Below, one piece after another: positions 1-9,501 of a stretch of DNA of 48,117 nucleotides. The stretch lies in NCBI GenBank assembly GCA_038224615.1, contig JBBRFH010000001.1, forward strand, positions 1-48,117, in the 5' to 3' direction. The DNA comes from Tepidisphaerales bacterium (GTDB lineage Bacteria > Planctomycetota > Phycisphaerae > Tepidisphaerales > Tepidisphaeraceae). Under the pieces are notes generated by a model, which was not told where the DNA came from, made no database searches, and worked only from the letters and a program-made list of their open reading frames with translations. The translations under genes were made by a program, and so were the position numbers. How positions within the stretch are numbered: position 1 is the first letter of the stretch; every line of letters starts with the position of its first letter.

Positions 1-41
1 CGGAAAAGCCCGCAGTAAACTGCGACGCTAAACGGGAAACG

Positions 42-1361
42 CTAAACGCGGAATTTTGCGATGTCGTCGAAGTAGCCCGGATACGTCTTGTTCACGCACG
101 CTGGGTCTTTGATGCGGACGCCTGCGCTTCGCGTGCCTGCGAGCGCGAAGCTCATCGCCATGCGGTGGTCGTCGTAGGTGTTGATGGCGGCGACGTTCAG
201 CTTGTTGCGCTCGGGGGGGTGGATGTGGATCGAGTCGTCCCCGTCGATCTCGACGTCAGCGCCGAGTTTGGTCAGTTCGTTCTGCAATGCCGCGAGGCGG
301 TCGGTCTCCTTGACGCGCAGCGTGTGCAGCCCGCGGATCGTGGTGTGTCCCTGCGCGAACAGCGCGGCGACAGCGAGCGTCTGCGCGGTGTCGGGCATCG
401 ATTCCAGATCGACATCAATTCCTTGCAGTTGCTCAGGCCCCTGGATCGCGATGAAGTCGCGGCCCAACGTAAGCGTGGCGCCCATCTGGCGCAGCACATC
501 GGCAAAACAGACGTCGCCTTGCAGGGAGTCCTTGCCGAGGCCCTTGATCGTGACCCTGCTGCCCTTATGGATCGCCGCCAAGGCGAGGAAGTAGCTGGCG
601 TTGCTGGCGTCGGGCTCGATCGTGTACCCGCTGGATTTGTAGTCGCCGGGCGGGACGATGATCTGCGTCGGCTGGTGGGTGACGGGGTCGCGCACCAGCT
701 CGCAGATGTGGTGGAAGCGGTCCATGAGTTGCATCGTCATTGCGACGTACGGCCAGCTCGTCTGCTTGCCGGTCAGGTCGACCATCAGCTCATTGCGCGC
801 AAACGGGGCGATCTGCAGGACGGCGCTGAGGTATTGGGAACTGACTTCCGATCCGTAACGCACGATGCCCCCCGCGAAGCCCGCGGCGTTGACGTGGACG
901 GGGGGAAAGTGGTCATGGATCGGGTGATCGATCCGCGTTCCCAAATTACGCAGCATCGTCACCAGCGGGCCGATCGGGCGCTGGCGCATGCGCTCGACGC
1001 CATCCAGCGTGTACGCGCCCCGGCCGAGCGTGCAGAGCGCAGTCAGAAAGCGGATTGTGGTGCCGCTGTTGCCGCAGAAAATTTTCGCTTTCCGCGCCGG
1101 GATGACGCCGCCGCGGCCGGTGATGGTGATGGTGTGGGAGGATTCGTCGGCGTCGACTTTGAAGCCGAGTTGGCGCAGGCCTTCGATCATCACGCGGGTG
1201 TCGTCGGCGAACAGGGCGTTGCTCAGCACGCAATCGCCGTGGGTGAGCGCCGCCAGCACCATTGCACGGTTGGTCAGGCTCTTGGAGCCCGGCGGCGTGA
1301 AAGTCACGTCAAAGGGCGTGGTGATCGGCTCGATCAGCAACTCGTCCATCCCGTCGAACAT
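42..1361 (-). CDS. aroA: 3-phosphoshikimate 1-carboxyvinyltransferase (EPSP synthase)
   Basis: ORF 42..1667(-) trimmed to the ATG at 1361 (MFDGMDELLIEP...). The PGSKSLTNRA, GNSGTTIRFL, VKETDRL and DDHRMAMSF motifs are classic AroA. The 102 upstream codons look like high-GC read-through. Confidence 0.95.
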   Translation of the reverse strand: MFDGMDELLIEPITTPFDVTFTPPGSKSLTNRAMVLAALTHGDCVLSNALFADDTRVMIEGLRQLGFKVDADESSHTITITGRGGVIPARKAKIFCGNSGTTIRFLTALCTLGRGAYTLDGVERMRQRPIGPLVTMLRNLGTRIDHPIHDHFPPVHVNAAGFAGGIVRYGSEVSSQYLSAVLQIAPFARNELMVDLTGKQTSWPYVAMTMQLMDRFHHICELVRDPVTHQPTQIIVPPGDYKSSGYTIEPDASNASYFLALAAIHKGSRVTIKGLGKDSLQGDVCFADVLRQMGATLTLGRDFIAIQGPEQLQGIDVDLESMPDTAQTLAVAALFAQGHTTIRGLHTLRVKETDRLAALQNELTKLGADVEIDGDDSIHIHPPERNKLNVAAINTYDDHRMAMSFALAGTRSAGVRIKDPACVNKTYPGYFDDIAKFRV

Positions 1362-1407
1362 ACGAGAAACCGCCGGAACTTTCGATTGTCGGCAGCGTCG
1401 AAGTAAG

Positions 1408-3501
1408 ATGACCTCGTCCCGAACCAAGGAATCACCGATGCCTTCGATGCAGATGCTCCGCCGCTCACTGATAATCGCCGCCGCTTTCAACGCGATGGCG
1501 CTGGCACAGAACCCGCCCGCGCCGCCTGTGCAGGCTGCCGACCTGCCGGTGAAGGCGGTCACACTCTTTTCGTCCGGCGTCGGGTATTTCGAGCATTTCG
1601 GCTCGGTCAAAGGCGACGGCTCGACTGAGCTGCGCTTCAAGACCCAGCAGATCAACGACATCCTCAAGTCGCTGGTCCTTCAAGATCTCGACGGCGGCTT
1701 CGTTTCGACTGTGCAGTACCCGTCGCAGGATCCGGTCGAGAAGACGCTCAAGAGCTTCCAAGTCGACATCACCGGCAATCCGCCTCTGGCTGATCTGCTC
1801 AACCAGTTGCGCGGCGCCCGGGTCACGCTCAAGAGCCAAGCCGAAGTGATCAACGGCATCATCCTCGGCGTCGAGAAACGCCAGGTGTCCGTCGCGCCGC
1901 AGACGCCGGCGATCGACTCGTGGTTCGTCAACGTCATCGACGGCGCGAACATCCGCCAGGTCGAGATGAACAAGATCGCCGACGTGCAGCTCAACGACGC
2001 CAACCTGCAGAACGAACTCGGCAAGGCGCTTGAAGCGCTCGCCAAGGCGCGCGACCGGGACAAGAAGTCGGTGATGATCAATTTCACCGGGCAAGGCGAT
2101 CGCCGCATACGGCTCGGGTACGTCGTCGAATCGCCGGTGTGGAAGACCAGTTACCGCCTCATCCTCGGCGACAAAGAATCCAACCTGCAGGGCTGGGCGA
2201 TCGTGGAAAACCAGACCGACAACGACTGGAACAACGTCCAACTGAGCCTCGTCAGCGGCCGGCCTATCAGCTTCGTGATGGACCTCTATCAGCCGCTCTA
2301 CATTCCGCGGCCGATTGTGCAATTGGAGTTGTTCCAATCGCTTCGCCCGCAGGTCTACGGCGGGGGGATGCCGACACCGGCGCAGGCACCGATGTCGAAG
2401 GCGTCCCGAATGCGCAACAAGGACCAGGCCGCTGCCGACGCACCCAACGAGATGGCGTTCGAAGGGATCGCCGCTGCCGCCAGCGCGGCGCCTGCGTCGC
2501 CGCCCATGGACCCGACCTCTTCGATCCAGTCGCTCGCTTCGGCGGCCAAGCTCGGCGAACTCTTCCAGTATACCGTCGGCAACGTTTCCCTGCCGCGTCA
2601 GAAGAGCGCGATGATCCCGATCGTCACCGACAAGGTCGAGGTCGAGCGCGTCTCGATCTACAACCCCCGGGTGATGCCGCGCAATCCGCTCAACGGCGCG
2701 CTCGTCACCAACAGCACGGACAAGCACCTGCTGCAAGGCCCGATCACCGTCTTCGACAACGGCGGCTACGCCGGGGACGCGCAGATCGACAACCTGCCGC
2801 CCAAGCAGAAGCGCCTGCTGAGCTACGGCGTCGATCTGCAGACGCTGGTCGACGTCCAGCCGCAGTTCGCCAATAACGTCGTCAGCGGCAAGATCGTCAA
2901 AGGCGTGCTGATGGTGCAGCGCAAGGTCGTCAAATCGAGCACCTACAAGGCCCAGAACAATGCCGACAAGGATAAGACGATCGTCGTCGAACACGCGTTC
3001 GACGCCGGCTGGACCCTCGTCAAAACCGCCGATCCGTTCGAGAAAACCGATCGATTTTATCGCTTCCGCCTGCCGGTCAAGAAGGGTGAGCAGGGCACGC
3101 TCGCAATCAGCGAGGAGATGGTGCAGCAGGAAGTGATCGCGCTGATTCCGCAGGACCCCAACGCGGTCCTGATCTATGCTCAGGAAGGCGCCATCCCGCA
3201 GAAGGTCCGCGACGCCCTCATCGACGCCGCCAAGCGCAAGCAGGCGATGATCGACGTGCAGCGGCAGATTGAGGAGCGTACCCAGAAGATCGCCGCGATT
3301 TCGCAGGAGCAGAATCGCATCCGCGAGAACATGCGCACCGTCGATAAGACCAGCCAGTACTACCAGCGCCTGCTGACCAAGCTCAACGAGCAGGAAACGC
3401 AGCTCGAAAAATTCAACGATGAATCAGACAAGCTGCGCACGCAATTGGAGACGGCCCGGGTTGATCTGGAGAAATTCCTGAACGGGCTGGATGTGGAGTA
3501 A
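1408..3501 (+). CDS. secreted DUF4139-like protein with C-terminal coiled coil
   Basis: The 5' part of ORF 988..3501 is antisense to aroA. Plausible starts are ATG 1408, 1438, 1447 or 1453, followed by the signal-like MLRRSLIIAAAFNAMALAQ. ENQTDNDWNNVQLSLVSGRPISF resembles the DUF4139 family (recalled from memory). The C-terminal ~110 aa are heptad-rich. Confidence 0.7.
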   Translation: MTSSRTKESPMPSMQMLRRSLIIAAAFNAMALAQNPPAPPVQAADLPVKAVTLFSSGVGYFEHFGSVKGDGSTELRFKTQQINDILKSLVLQDLDGGFVSTVQYPSQDPVEKTLKSFQVDITGNPPLADLLNQLRGARVTLKSQAEVINGIILGVEKRQVSVAPQTPAIDSWFVNVIDGANIRQVEMNKIADVQLNDANLQNELGKALEALAKARDRDKKSVMINFTGQGDRRIRLGYVVESPVWKTSYRLILGDKESNLQGWAIVENQTDNDWNNVQLSLVSGRPISFVMDLYQPLYIPRPIVQLELFQSLRPQVYGGGMPTPAQAPMSKASRMRNKDQAAADAPNEMAFEGIAAAASAAPASPPMDPTSSIQSLASAAKLGELFQYTVGNVSLPRQKSAMIPIVTDKVEVERVSIYNPRVMPRNPLNGALVTNSTDKHLLQGPITVFDNGGYAGDAQIDNLPPKQKRLLSYGVDLQTLVDVQPQFANNVVSGKIVKGVLMVQRKVVKSSTYKAQNNADKDKTIVVEHAFDAGWTLVKTADPFEKTDRFYRFRLPVKKGEQGTLAISEEMVQQEVIALIPQDPNAVLIYAQEGAIPQKVRDALIDAAKRKQAMIDVQRQIEERTQKIAAISQEQNRIRENMRTVDKTSQYYQRLLTKLNEQETQLEKFNDESDKLRTQLETARVDLEKFLNGLDVE

Positions 3502-3535
3502 GCGTGCTTCTCTGTGATGGAACGCGCCGCGCGTG

Positions 3536-3639
3536 GTCATCCTGAACGAAGTGAAGGATCTACTTGCGGCGGCAGGGAGTTCACGATTTCGTGTGCGCCT
3601 TGCCGCGGCGAGAAGATCCTTCACTTTGTTCAGGATGAC
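3536..3639. repeat. hairpin repeat, GTCATCCTGAACGnAGTGAAGGA family (copy 1)
   Basis: A 25-nt arm GTCATCCTGAACGAAGTGAAGGATC (3536-3560) pairs with GATCCTTCACTTTGTTCAGGATGAC (3615-3639), with one G.U. It lies between convergent genes. A second copy is at 33559-33642. Confidence 0.85.
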
Positions 3640-3683
3640 AAGGTTTGCTGGATGACAGGCGAGATCCGCCGCCGTACCCATCA

Positions 3684-4463
3684 CTATTCGCTCGGCGGCA
3701 CGCGGGGGGCGTTGTGCAGGTCGTGGAGCTGACGACTGGTGGATTCGATGCGCTCAATCTTGGCGCGCAGGTCGGCGGGGATCTTGGCGCGGTCCTCGGG
3801 GGTGTCCAGCGGGCCTTCGCAGATCACTTTGCCGGTGCGGTCCTTCACTGTCACACTTGTCGAGTCGTCGTGCGTGGTGATGGTGATGATGTGATCGTTG
3901 TCGGTGTGCGTGATGACGCCGCTCATCCGGCCCGTCCCCGGCCGCGGCAGGGGGATCGGCTGGGTGGCACCGGTGGACGGCTGCACGCGTTGCGGCGATT
4001 CGTCGATCGGCAGAAGCATGCGCTCGGCGAGCGTCACTTCCGACCGAATCGGCTGGCCTTTGCGGATCACGGTCAGCGCCACGCGCTCCCCCGGCTTGCA
4101 GGTGCGTACGAGGACGGCGAACTGCTGCACGTTGACGAGGATCTGATCGTCCAGCTTGTGCAGTACGTCGTGCGGTTGGATCCCTGCCTGCTCCGCGGGG
4201 CTATCGGGGTCGACCGAGTCGACCACCAGACCCACGCCCGGCGGAAGACTCAGTTGCTCACGCAGCGACGGCGTGGCGAGCGACGTGGCTACGCCGATGA
4301 ACGCCACCGGCGTCCCGGTGTCCGCGGGCGTGCGATGCACCGGGGATTTCGTCGCGCCCGCGCCGGCGGCTTCATCCTGTCCCGGCGCGGCTGCCAGGGG
4401 CAGCAAGGCAAGCGCCATGGCCGCAGTGGCTGCGGATGCGAGGATGAGCGGGCGTCGGGTCAT
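3684..4463 (-). CDS. secreted PDZ-domain protein
   Basis: ORF 3684..4871(-) trimmed to ATG 4463 (MTRRPLILASAATAAMALALLPLAAAP signal peptide; alternative ATG 4487). GVGLVVDSVDPDSPAEQAGIQPHDVLHKLDDQ is a PDZ signature. Last gene of the ECF sigma operon. Confidence 0.8.
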   Translation of the reverse strand: MTRRPLILASAATAAMALALLPLAAAPGQDEAAGAGATKSPVHRTPADTGTPVAFIGVATSLATPSLREQLSLPPGVGLVVDSVDPDSPAEQAGIQPHDVLHKLDDQILVNVQQFAVLVRTCKPGERVALTVIRKGQPIRSEVTLAERMLLPIDESPQRVQPSTGATQPIPLPRPGTGRMSGVITHTDNDHIITITTHDDSTSVTVKDRTGKVICEGPLDTPEDRAKIPADLRAKIERIESTSRQLHDLHNAPRVPPSE

Positions 4464-4492
4464 TCGGTGGATCGTTCCGGCGTGCATCGGGG

Positions 4493-5020
4493 CTACTGAC
4501 GATTGACCGGGTAGAACAAATCCTGCTGCGAGGGGATCACATATTCGAGTCGTTCGTGGGTGCTGGGATCGGTGTAGCGAAGCGTGTCGTATCGCTGCTG
4601 CAATACCTTTCGCCCGGGCACGCCGCCATCGAGCAGGACGGCGCCGGCATCGGTGTGGTGGAAGACCGTGGTGCGTTCCAGATCGGCAAACTGCGGCGTG
4701 ACGACGGGTCCGCTGCCGATGGCCTGCGATTGTGCTACTTCGGTCGGTGCGGGGGTGGCGCGGGTCTGCAGGCCGAGGATCGACGGCAAGAACGCCCCGA
4801 CCGTCATGCACGCCGCCATCGCCAGGCCGATCGCGCCCCAGTGCCGGAACTGCGCGACGTGAGCCTGCCACGACCGGCGCCGGAGCTGCCGCTGCATCGG
4901 CCGGGTCACCTGCTGCTCGAACGCCCGGCGGGCGGCACCGCGCTCTGCGTCGAGTTCGCTCGACAGGTGCGAGCGAAGCAGGTTATCGAGTTCGTCATCG
5001 GGCCGGTTCATATGCATCAT
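4493..5020 (-). CDS. putative membrane-anchored anti-sigma factor
   Basis: Lies immediately downstream of the ECF sigma gene, 25 nt after its stop. It has one central TM segment (WGAIGLAMAACMTVGAFLPSILGL). The track start at 5026 is TTG; the first ATGs are at 5020, 5017 and 5011. Function is inferred from position only. Confidence 0.55.
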   Translation of the reverse strand: MMHMNRPDDELDNLLRSHLSSELDAERGAARRAFEQQVTRPMQRQLRRRSWQAHVAQFRHWGAIGLAMAACMTVGAFLPSILGLQTRATPAPTEVAQSQAIGSGPVVTPQFADLERTTVFHHTDAGAVLLDGGVPGRKVLQQRYDTLRYTDPSTHERLEYVIPSQQDLFYPVNRQ

Positions 5021-5050
5021 CCACAAGGCGTTATCGTTGCAGTCGATCGA

Positions 5051-5647
5051 TCAGAGATCATCCTCTTCCATCACGGGCTGAAGCCGCTGTTTCAACTGGT
5101 TTCGCGCCCGCGACAGTCGCATGTCGACTGCGGCGGGGGAGAGGTCGAGCAGTTCGCTGATCTCCTTGCTCGACAGATTCTCGTAATACCGCAGCACGAT
5201 GCAGGAGCGGGAAAGCTCGTCGAGCGAACCGAGCGCCCGGTCGATCTGCTGCTTCTGCTCCCGTCGTTCGATGGGCGAGACTTCGTCCACGTCGTCGGCG
5301 ACATCGATACTCATGTCCATCGGCCCGGGTCGCTTGCGGCGGCGGAGGTCGATCGCAAGGTTCCGAACCATCCGCCCGAGCCAATGCCCGAAGCGGGAAG
5401 GATCGTCCAGCGAATCCAGCCGCGTCCAGGCGCGCAGAAACGCGTCCTGCACCAGATCGCCGGCATCGGCGCGATTGCGCGTGTGGGCGTAGGCGATCGA
5501 GAGGGCTATGCCCTCGTATCGCTGGATTAGCTCCGCAAAGGCGTCCGCGTCATGCAGCTTGGCCCGCAGAACGAGTTGTTCCACGCTACTGATATTCAAC
5601 CGACCTACCTCACTGAGTTGACCTGACATCGACAAAGACGCGGGCAT
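5051..5647 (-). CDS. ECF-type RNA polymerase sigma-70 factor
   Basis: Region 2 (DAGDLVQDAFLRAW) and region 4 (LSSKEISELLDLSPAAVDMRLSRARNQLK) motifs are present. The size of 198 aa is typical of group 4 sigma factors. Confidence 0.9.
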   Translation of the reverse strand: MPASLSMSGQLSEVGRLNISSVEQLVLRAKLHDADAFAELIQRYEGIALSIAYAHTRNRADAGDLVQDAFLRAWTRLDSLDDPSRFGHWLGRMVRNLAIDLRRRKRPGPMDMSIDVADDVDEVSPIERREQKQQIDRALGSLDELSRSCIVLRYYENLSSKEISELLDLSPAAVDMRLSRARNQLKQRLQPVMEEDDL

Positions 5648-6015
5648 GGCGCGAAAGCTAACATCCGACGGGGACGATTATAGCGACCCCTGCGCCCTGA
5701 ATCGCGCAACGGGTCCGGGAACAAATCCCGGCAAATTTTCGACGATTCCGGGCCGCCAGTGCGGTTGTGTTGCGCCAATCGTCCCGGAATCGCGCAATCG
5801 ACCTGTAGATAGGGAGGGACCGCACGCTCCGGAGGGGGAGGAGCCGAAGGCGTATAAAATTTGAAAAAACGAACCCAACTTGGTGCGTAAGCTGTTGAAA
5901 TAGAATCGCTTATAGGTCGACAACGGACCCAATTCCTGTTCCGTTGCGACGCCTTGGCGCACCTTGCCCGAGGAAGGATGAAGCGGCGCGGCGGCGCGGT
6001 ACAGTGCTGTGATCT

Positions 6016-6543
6016 ATGCAGACACGATTTACCAAGACCGCCGGAAATTGCTTTTTTGCGCCCAACGCCGTCGTTGTCGGGGATGTAACGATGGGTGAGC
6101 TGTGTTCGTTCTGGTTCGGCGCGGTCGTCCGAGGGGACGTCGCGCCGATCAAGATCGGGCGGCGGGTGAACGTGCAGGACAACGCCGTCATCCATTGCGA
6201 CAGCGGGGTGACGAACGTGATCGAGGACGACGTCACCATCGGGCACGGTGCGATCGTCCACGGGGCGCACATCGGTCACGGCTCGCTGGTGGGCATGGGA
6301 TCGACCGTGCTCGGGCAGTCGCAGATCGGCCACGAGTGCCTGGTCGCCGCCGGCGCGGTGGTGTCGCCGGGGATGATCGTGCCCGAGCGCATGGTGGTGA
6401 TGGGCGTGCCGGCCAAGATTGTTCGGCCGGTGAAGGACGAGGAACTGAAATACATGCGCTGGCTCAGCGAACACTACGTTAGGCTGGCCGAGAAGTACGT
6501 CGGTGACGGGTTCAAGTGCTGTGTCAGGAGTGAAGGCGCGTGA
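6016..6543 (+). CDS. gamma-carbonic-anhydrase-like hexapeptide-repeat protein (YrdA/PaaY family)
   Basis: Left-handed beta-helix repeats (IGRRVNVQDNAVIHCD.., IGHGAIVHGAHIGHGSLVGMGSTV) and typical length. Confidence 0.85.
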   Translation: MQTRFTKTAGNCFFAPNAVVVGDVTMGELCSFWFGAVVRGDVAPIKIGRRVNVQDNAVIHCDSGVTNVIEDDVTIGHGAIVHGAHIGHGSLVGMGSTVLGQSQIGHECLVAAGAVVSPGMIVPERMVVMGVPAKIVRPVKDEELKYMRWLSEHYVRLAEKYVGDGFKCCVRSEGA

Positions 6544-8513
6544 GAAGACTTTCGTCGTTGGTCGTCGGCGTGATCGCGCTTGCTTGCGTCGGGCGCGCGA
6601 TCGCGGGATCGTATGCGGCACCTCAGGACGTCTACGTCTCGACCCGCGCGATGGAGGCGTTGTCGGCCGACATCGCTGCGGGAAGGCCCACGGATGCGGT
6701 CGATCGGATCGAGACGATTTTCAACGACCCGGTGGCGCGGCTCGTGCGCACCGACGATAAACACGTCGTCTCCATCCAGGCGTGGGTGAACGCGCAACTG
6801 ACTGACCACGTCTTCCCGTTGCGGTTTCGCGAGCAGTATGAAAAAGTGGCGGGTCAGGCGGCGCAGAATGCGTTGGTCGATGCGGTTCACTCCAGCGACG
6901 TGCCCGCGATGATGGCTGTCGCCGAGCGGTATCCCTGGACGCTGGCGGCGCAGCAGGCGCCGATCGAAGCGGCGCAGCGGCTCATCGGGCTGGGCGACGT
7001 GCGCGGCGCCAAGGACCTGATCGGCCGGGTGACGCTGGACGACAAGGCACCGGCGGCGCTGCGGGCGCTGGCGACGCTGCCCGACGATTCGACGCTGGAA
7101 CCGGCTGCGTTTTCGACGGGATTCATTCGCGCCAAGCCCGCTTCTGGAGTGCTGGCACCGGCGGCGATGGTGCCACGACTGGTGCCGGTGGCGTCAAGCG
7201 ATGCGGTCTACCTGGCCGCACCGCATTCGATGCTGGCGTTGAACAAGCAGGGACGGATGCTGTGGTCGGTGATCGACCCGGCCCCCGAAATCCCGCCGCC
7301 GCCGACGGATTTGCCCAAGAGCATGGAAGGGCTCCTCGCGACTGACGCGTCGCTGGCGCGCCCGGCGGTGTGGTGCGATCCGGCTGGTACGCCGCGGGTA
7401 CTGGTCGCCCGGCAATCGACGTCGCTCAGGTCCTCGCTCCGCGCGGTGCGGCCGCTCGACGGATCGGTTATCTGGACGACCGTGTCGAGCGAGCCAGGCG
7501 GCGAACTGCTCTACGTCGGCGCACCGACGATCAGCGGGCGCTATGTCTACTCGCTGGCGGTGAGTGTCGACCCGGCGCGCGGACACCGGCTGTGCCTGGT
7601 CGCGCTAGAACTGGCGAGCGGGCGCGTGCTCTTCAACACCGAAATCGGCGCCGCCGAGCGGCGCATGGCCCAGCAGGTGCGGGCCGGCAAGGGTGAGAAG
7701 GAGCCTGACCCGATGTTGGCGGTGGTCAGCGAGTTCGTCTTCCGCGACAGCACGACGATCCATGCCGACGAGCGCAATGTCTACGTCGTGCCCGGCGGCG
7801 GGGCAGTGTGGTGCATCGACCGTTTCGGCGGGGCGATCCGCTGGGTCTCGCAGTATCCGGCCCGCGTGCCGCTGACCCCGCAGCAGGAACGCGAAGCGCA
7901 CGCCCGTCGCGAACAGGAACGCCAGGCCCGCGCCCGCCAGAAGCTTCCCCCCCTGCCGGCGGTGATCAACGTGCGCTGGCAGAACAACGCCCTGGCAAAC
8001 GACACGGCGGTCGTCGTCGCTCCGACCGACTCCAACGCCGTCGTGGCGTTCGACATCAGCAGCGGCAAGACGCTGTGGAACATCGACACATATGCCGATG
8101 CCGAACTGGCGGCTGTCCAAGCCGAGGTCGCGGTGCTGGTCTCAGCAACCAGGATCGTCGGCCTGCGGACAGGCACTGGCGAGCCCGCGTGGGAGGCGCC
8201 GCTGTCGGCCGAGCCGACCGGCCCGGCGTTCGTGGACGGCGACTGCGTCGGCGTCGTCTCAACCGCAGGCGTCTCGGAGTTCAGCATCAGCACCGGCCAA
8301 CCCGAAAAGCGCGAGCCCGGCCGACTTCTGCTGGACAATTTCCTGCGCACCCCGGTCACGCGGACGCTGTTCCAGACTGCCAACCTGCTCGCCTACTTCG
8401 GCGACCCGCCCGCACCGCCCGTCCCCGAAAAGCCCGAAAGACCCGCCAAGCCCGACAGATTGCCCCGCGACAAGAACAAGAAAGGCGGCGACAAGCCCCT
8501 GGGCGCGAACTGA
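6540..8513 (+). CDS. secreted PQQ-like beta-propeller repeat protein
   Basis: GTG start overlaps the upstream stop (GTGA). N-terminal signal peptide (LSSLVVGVIALACVGRAIAG). Repeated 'xxG..lWxx' blades (VVAFDISSGKTLWNI, GLRTGTGEPAWEAPL, GGAVWCIDRFGGAIRWV). Basic P/K-rich tail. Confidence 0.7.
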   Translation: MRRLSSLVVGVIALACVGRAIAGSYAAPQDVYVSTRAMEALSADIAAGRPTDAVDRIETIFNDPVARLVRTDDKHVVSIQAWVNAQLTDHVFPLRFREQYEKVAGQAAQNALVDAVHSSDVPAMMAVAERYPWTLAAQQAPIEAAQRLIGLGDVRGAKDLIGRVTLDDKAPAALRALATLPDDSTLEPAAFSTGFIRAKPASGVLAPAAMVPRLVPVASSDAVYLAAPHSMLALNKQGRMLWSVIDPAPEIPPPPTDLPKSMEGLLATDASLARPAVWCDPAGTPRVLVARQSTSLRSSLRAVRPLDGSVIWTTVSSEPGGELLYVGAPTISGRYVYSLAVSVDPARGHRLCLVALELASGRVLFNTEIGAAERRMAQQVRAGKGEKEPDPMLAVVSEFVFRDSTTIHADERNVYVVPGGGAVWCIDRFGGAIRWVSQYPARVPLTPQQEREAHARREQERQARARQKLPPLPAVINVRWQNNALANDTAVVVAPTDSNAVVAFDISSGKTLWNIDTYADAELAAVQAEVAVLVSATRIVGLRTGTGEPAWEAPLSAEPTGPAFVDGDCVGVVSTAGVSEFSISTGQPEKREPGRLLLDNFLRTPVTRTLFQTANLLAYFGDPPAPPVPEKPERPAKPDRLPRDKNKKGGDKPLGAN

Positions 8514-8542
8514 AGGCAGGAGACAACGCGAAGGCGAACGCG

Positions 8543-8630
8543 GATCAAGAAGTCGATGGTTAAGAGTCGATAGTCGATAGCGAAGACGCGTCGGCGCTTT
8601 GGCCATCGACTATCGACTCTCGACTTGATC
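8543..8630. repeat. hairpin repeat built from GTCGATA units
   Basis: GATCAAGAAGTCGA..GAGTCGATAGTCGATAG pairs with CATCGACTATCGACTCTCGACTTGATC. Confidence 0.8.
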
Positions 8631-8643
8631 TGGGCCTAAGCAA

Positions 8644-8690
8644 TCGCCCTCGCGCGGCGAACCACGCGAGGGCGAAAAGTTTCGAGTTTT
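8644..8690 (+). terminator. candidate intrinsic terminator
   Basis: An 11-bp GC-rich stem (TCGCCCTCGCG / CGCGAGGGCGA) is followed by AAAAGTTTCGAGTTTT. Confidence 0.45.
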
Positions 8691-8713
8691 AGGATCGGCG
8701 TTGCAGACTGCGA

Positions 8714-9022
8714 TCAGACCGAGGCGACGTCGACGAAATCGGCGACGGCGGCGAGGTCCTTCACGTGCTGCGGCGTTGCCTTGATCGTGGCGGTGACGCC
8801 CTTCTCCAGGCCGATGTGTACCTTGTTGGTGTACTTGGTCCAGATTCGACCGCCACGACGCTTGGGCTTGTCCTTGTGGTTCTTTGCCCGGTCCACGACG
8901 GGCTTGGACGCGACGGGGTCGGTCATAAACAACCGCTCCAGCGTCTTGACGGCGCTGTCACGGGTGATGAGCTTGTTGATCGTCACGCGGACTTTGCCGC
9001 CGGGAATCGCTTGCAGGGCCAT
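8714..9022 (-). CDS. small hypothetical protein (102 aa)
   Basis: ORF 8714..9181(-) trimmed to ATG 9022 (MALQAIPGGKVRV...). The N-terminal extension in the track (MEICVICVICGSEIFS) is a translated hairpin repeat. No family recognised. Confidence 0.5.
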   Translation of the reverse strand: MALQAIPGGKVRVTINKLITRDSAVKTLERLFMTDPVASKPVVDRAKNHKDKPKRRGGRIWTKYTNKVHIGLEKGVTATIKATPQHVKDLAAVADFVDVASV

Positions 9023-9133
9023 AATGTACTCCAAATCGGTCGAGCCGAGCATGATAGCAAGTTGTGTCCACCATACAAGCCCATCCCAAAAAGGAGAAAA
9101 GGCCGCAAAAGCCAATCGCCCCGGCACATCGTT

Positions 9134-9237
9134 AGAGAAGATTTCAGAACCGCAGATTACGCAGATGACGCAGATTTCCAAGGCGATTCATCTGCGCAAT
9201 CTGCGGTTCTCTCTCTCCAGTTCTGAAATAGCCTGTT
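9134..9237. repeat. hairpin repeat, CGCAGAT(T/G)A-unit family (copy c1)
   Basis: GAACCGCAGATTACGCAGATGACGCAGAT .. ATCTGCGCAATCTGCGGTTC, nested inside TTTCAGAAC / GTTCTGAAA. Confidence 0.85.
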
Positions 9238-9403
9238 ACGCTTTGGCGCGCCGACCAACCGAAAATACCCCATGGTCCGGCGAGGCTTTGTCGTCCTGAA
9301 CGCAATGGAGTTCTACTCCCCGACCTCTCCAGACCCGATTCGTGCCCCGATCGTGAACATTAGCTTCGACGGGTCAGCATTCGCGGAGTTTGCCGGGCGG
9401 ACC

Positions 9404-9490
9404 CGAATGACAAATGACAAAACTCGAATGACAAACGAGAAGACGCGGAGTCCTCTTCATTTGTCATTTGAGTTTTGTCATTCTTCATTG
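9404..9490. repeat. hairpin repeat built from ATGACAAA units
   Basis: CGAATGACAAATGACAAAACTCGAATGACAAAC pairs with TTTGTCATTTGAGTTTTGTCATTC. It lies just 3' of leuD. Confidence 0.8.
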
Positions 9491-9501
9491 AAGCGAAGCG
9501 C

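Noticed and set aside
165-1406. 413-aa plus-strand ORF overlapping aroA
   Set aside because: It is antisense to a clearly conserved aroA. Its Arg/Ala/Gly/Asp-rich low-complexity translation is typical of open antisense frames in high-GC DNA.
1465-2994. 509-aa minus-strand ORF
   Set aside because: It is antisense to the DUF4139-like gene, has no recognisable motifs, and has a high-GC artefact composition.
5605-6621. 338-aa minus-strand ORF spanning the sigma-gene promoter region and the gamma-CA gene
   Set aside because: It overlaps a well-supported plus-strand CDS and an intergenic region. The translation is His/Arg/Pro-rich and carries no recognisable motifs.
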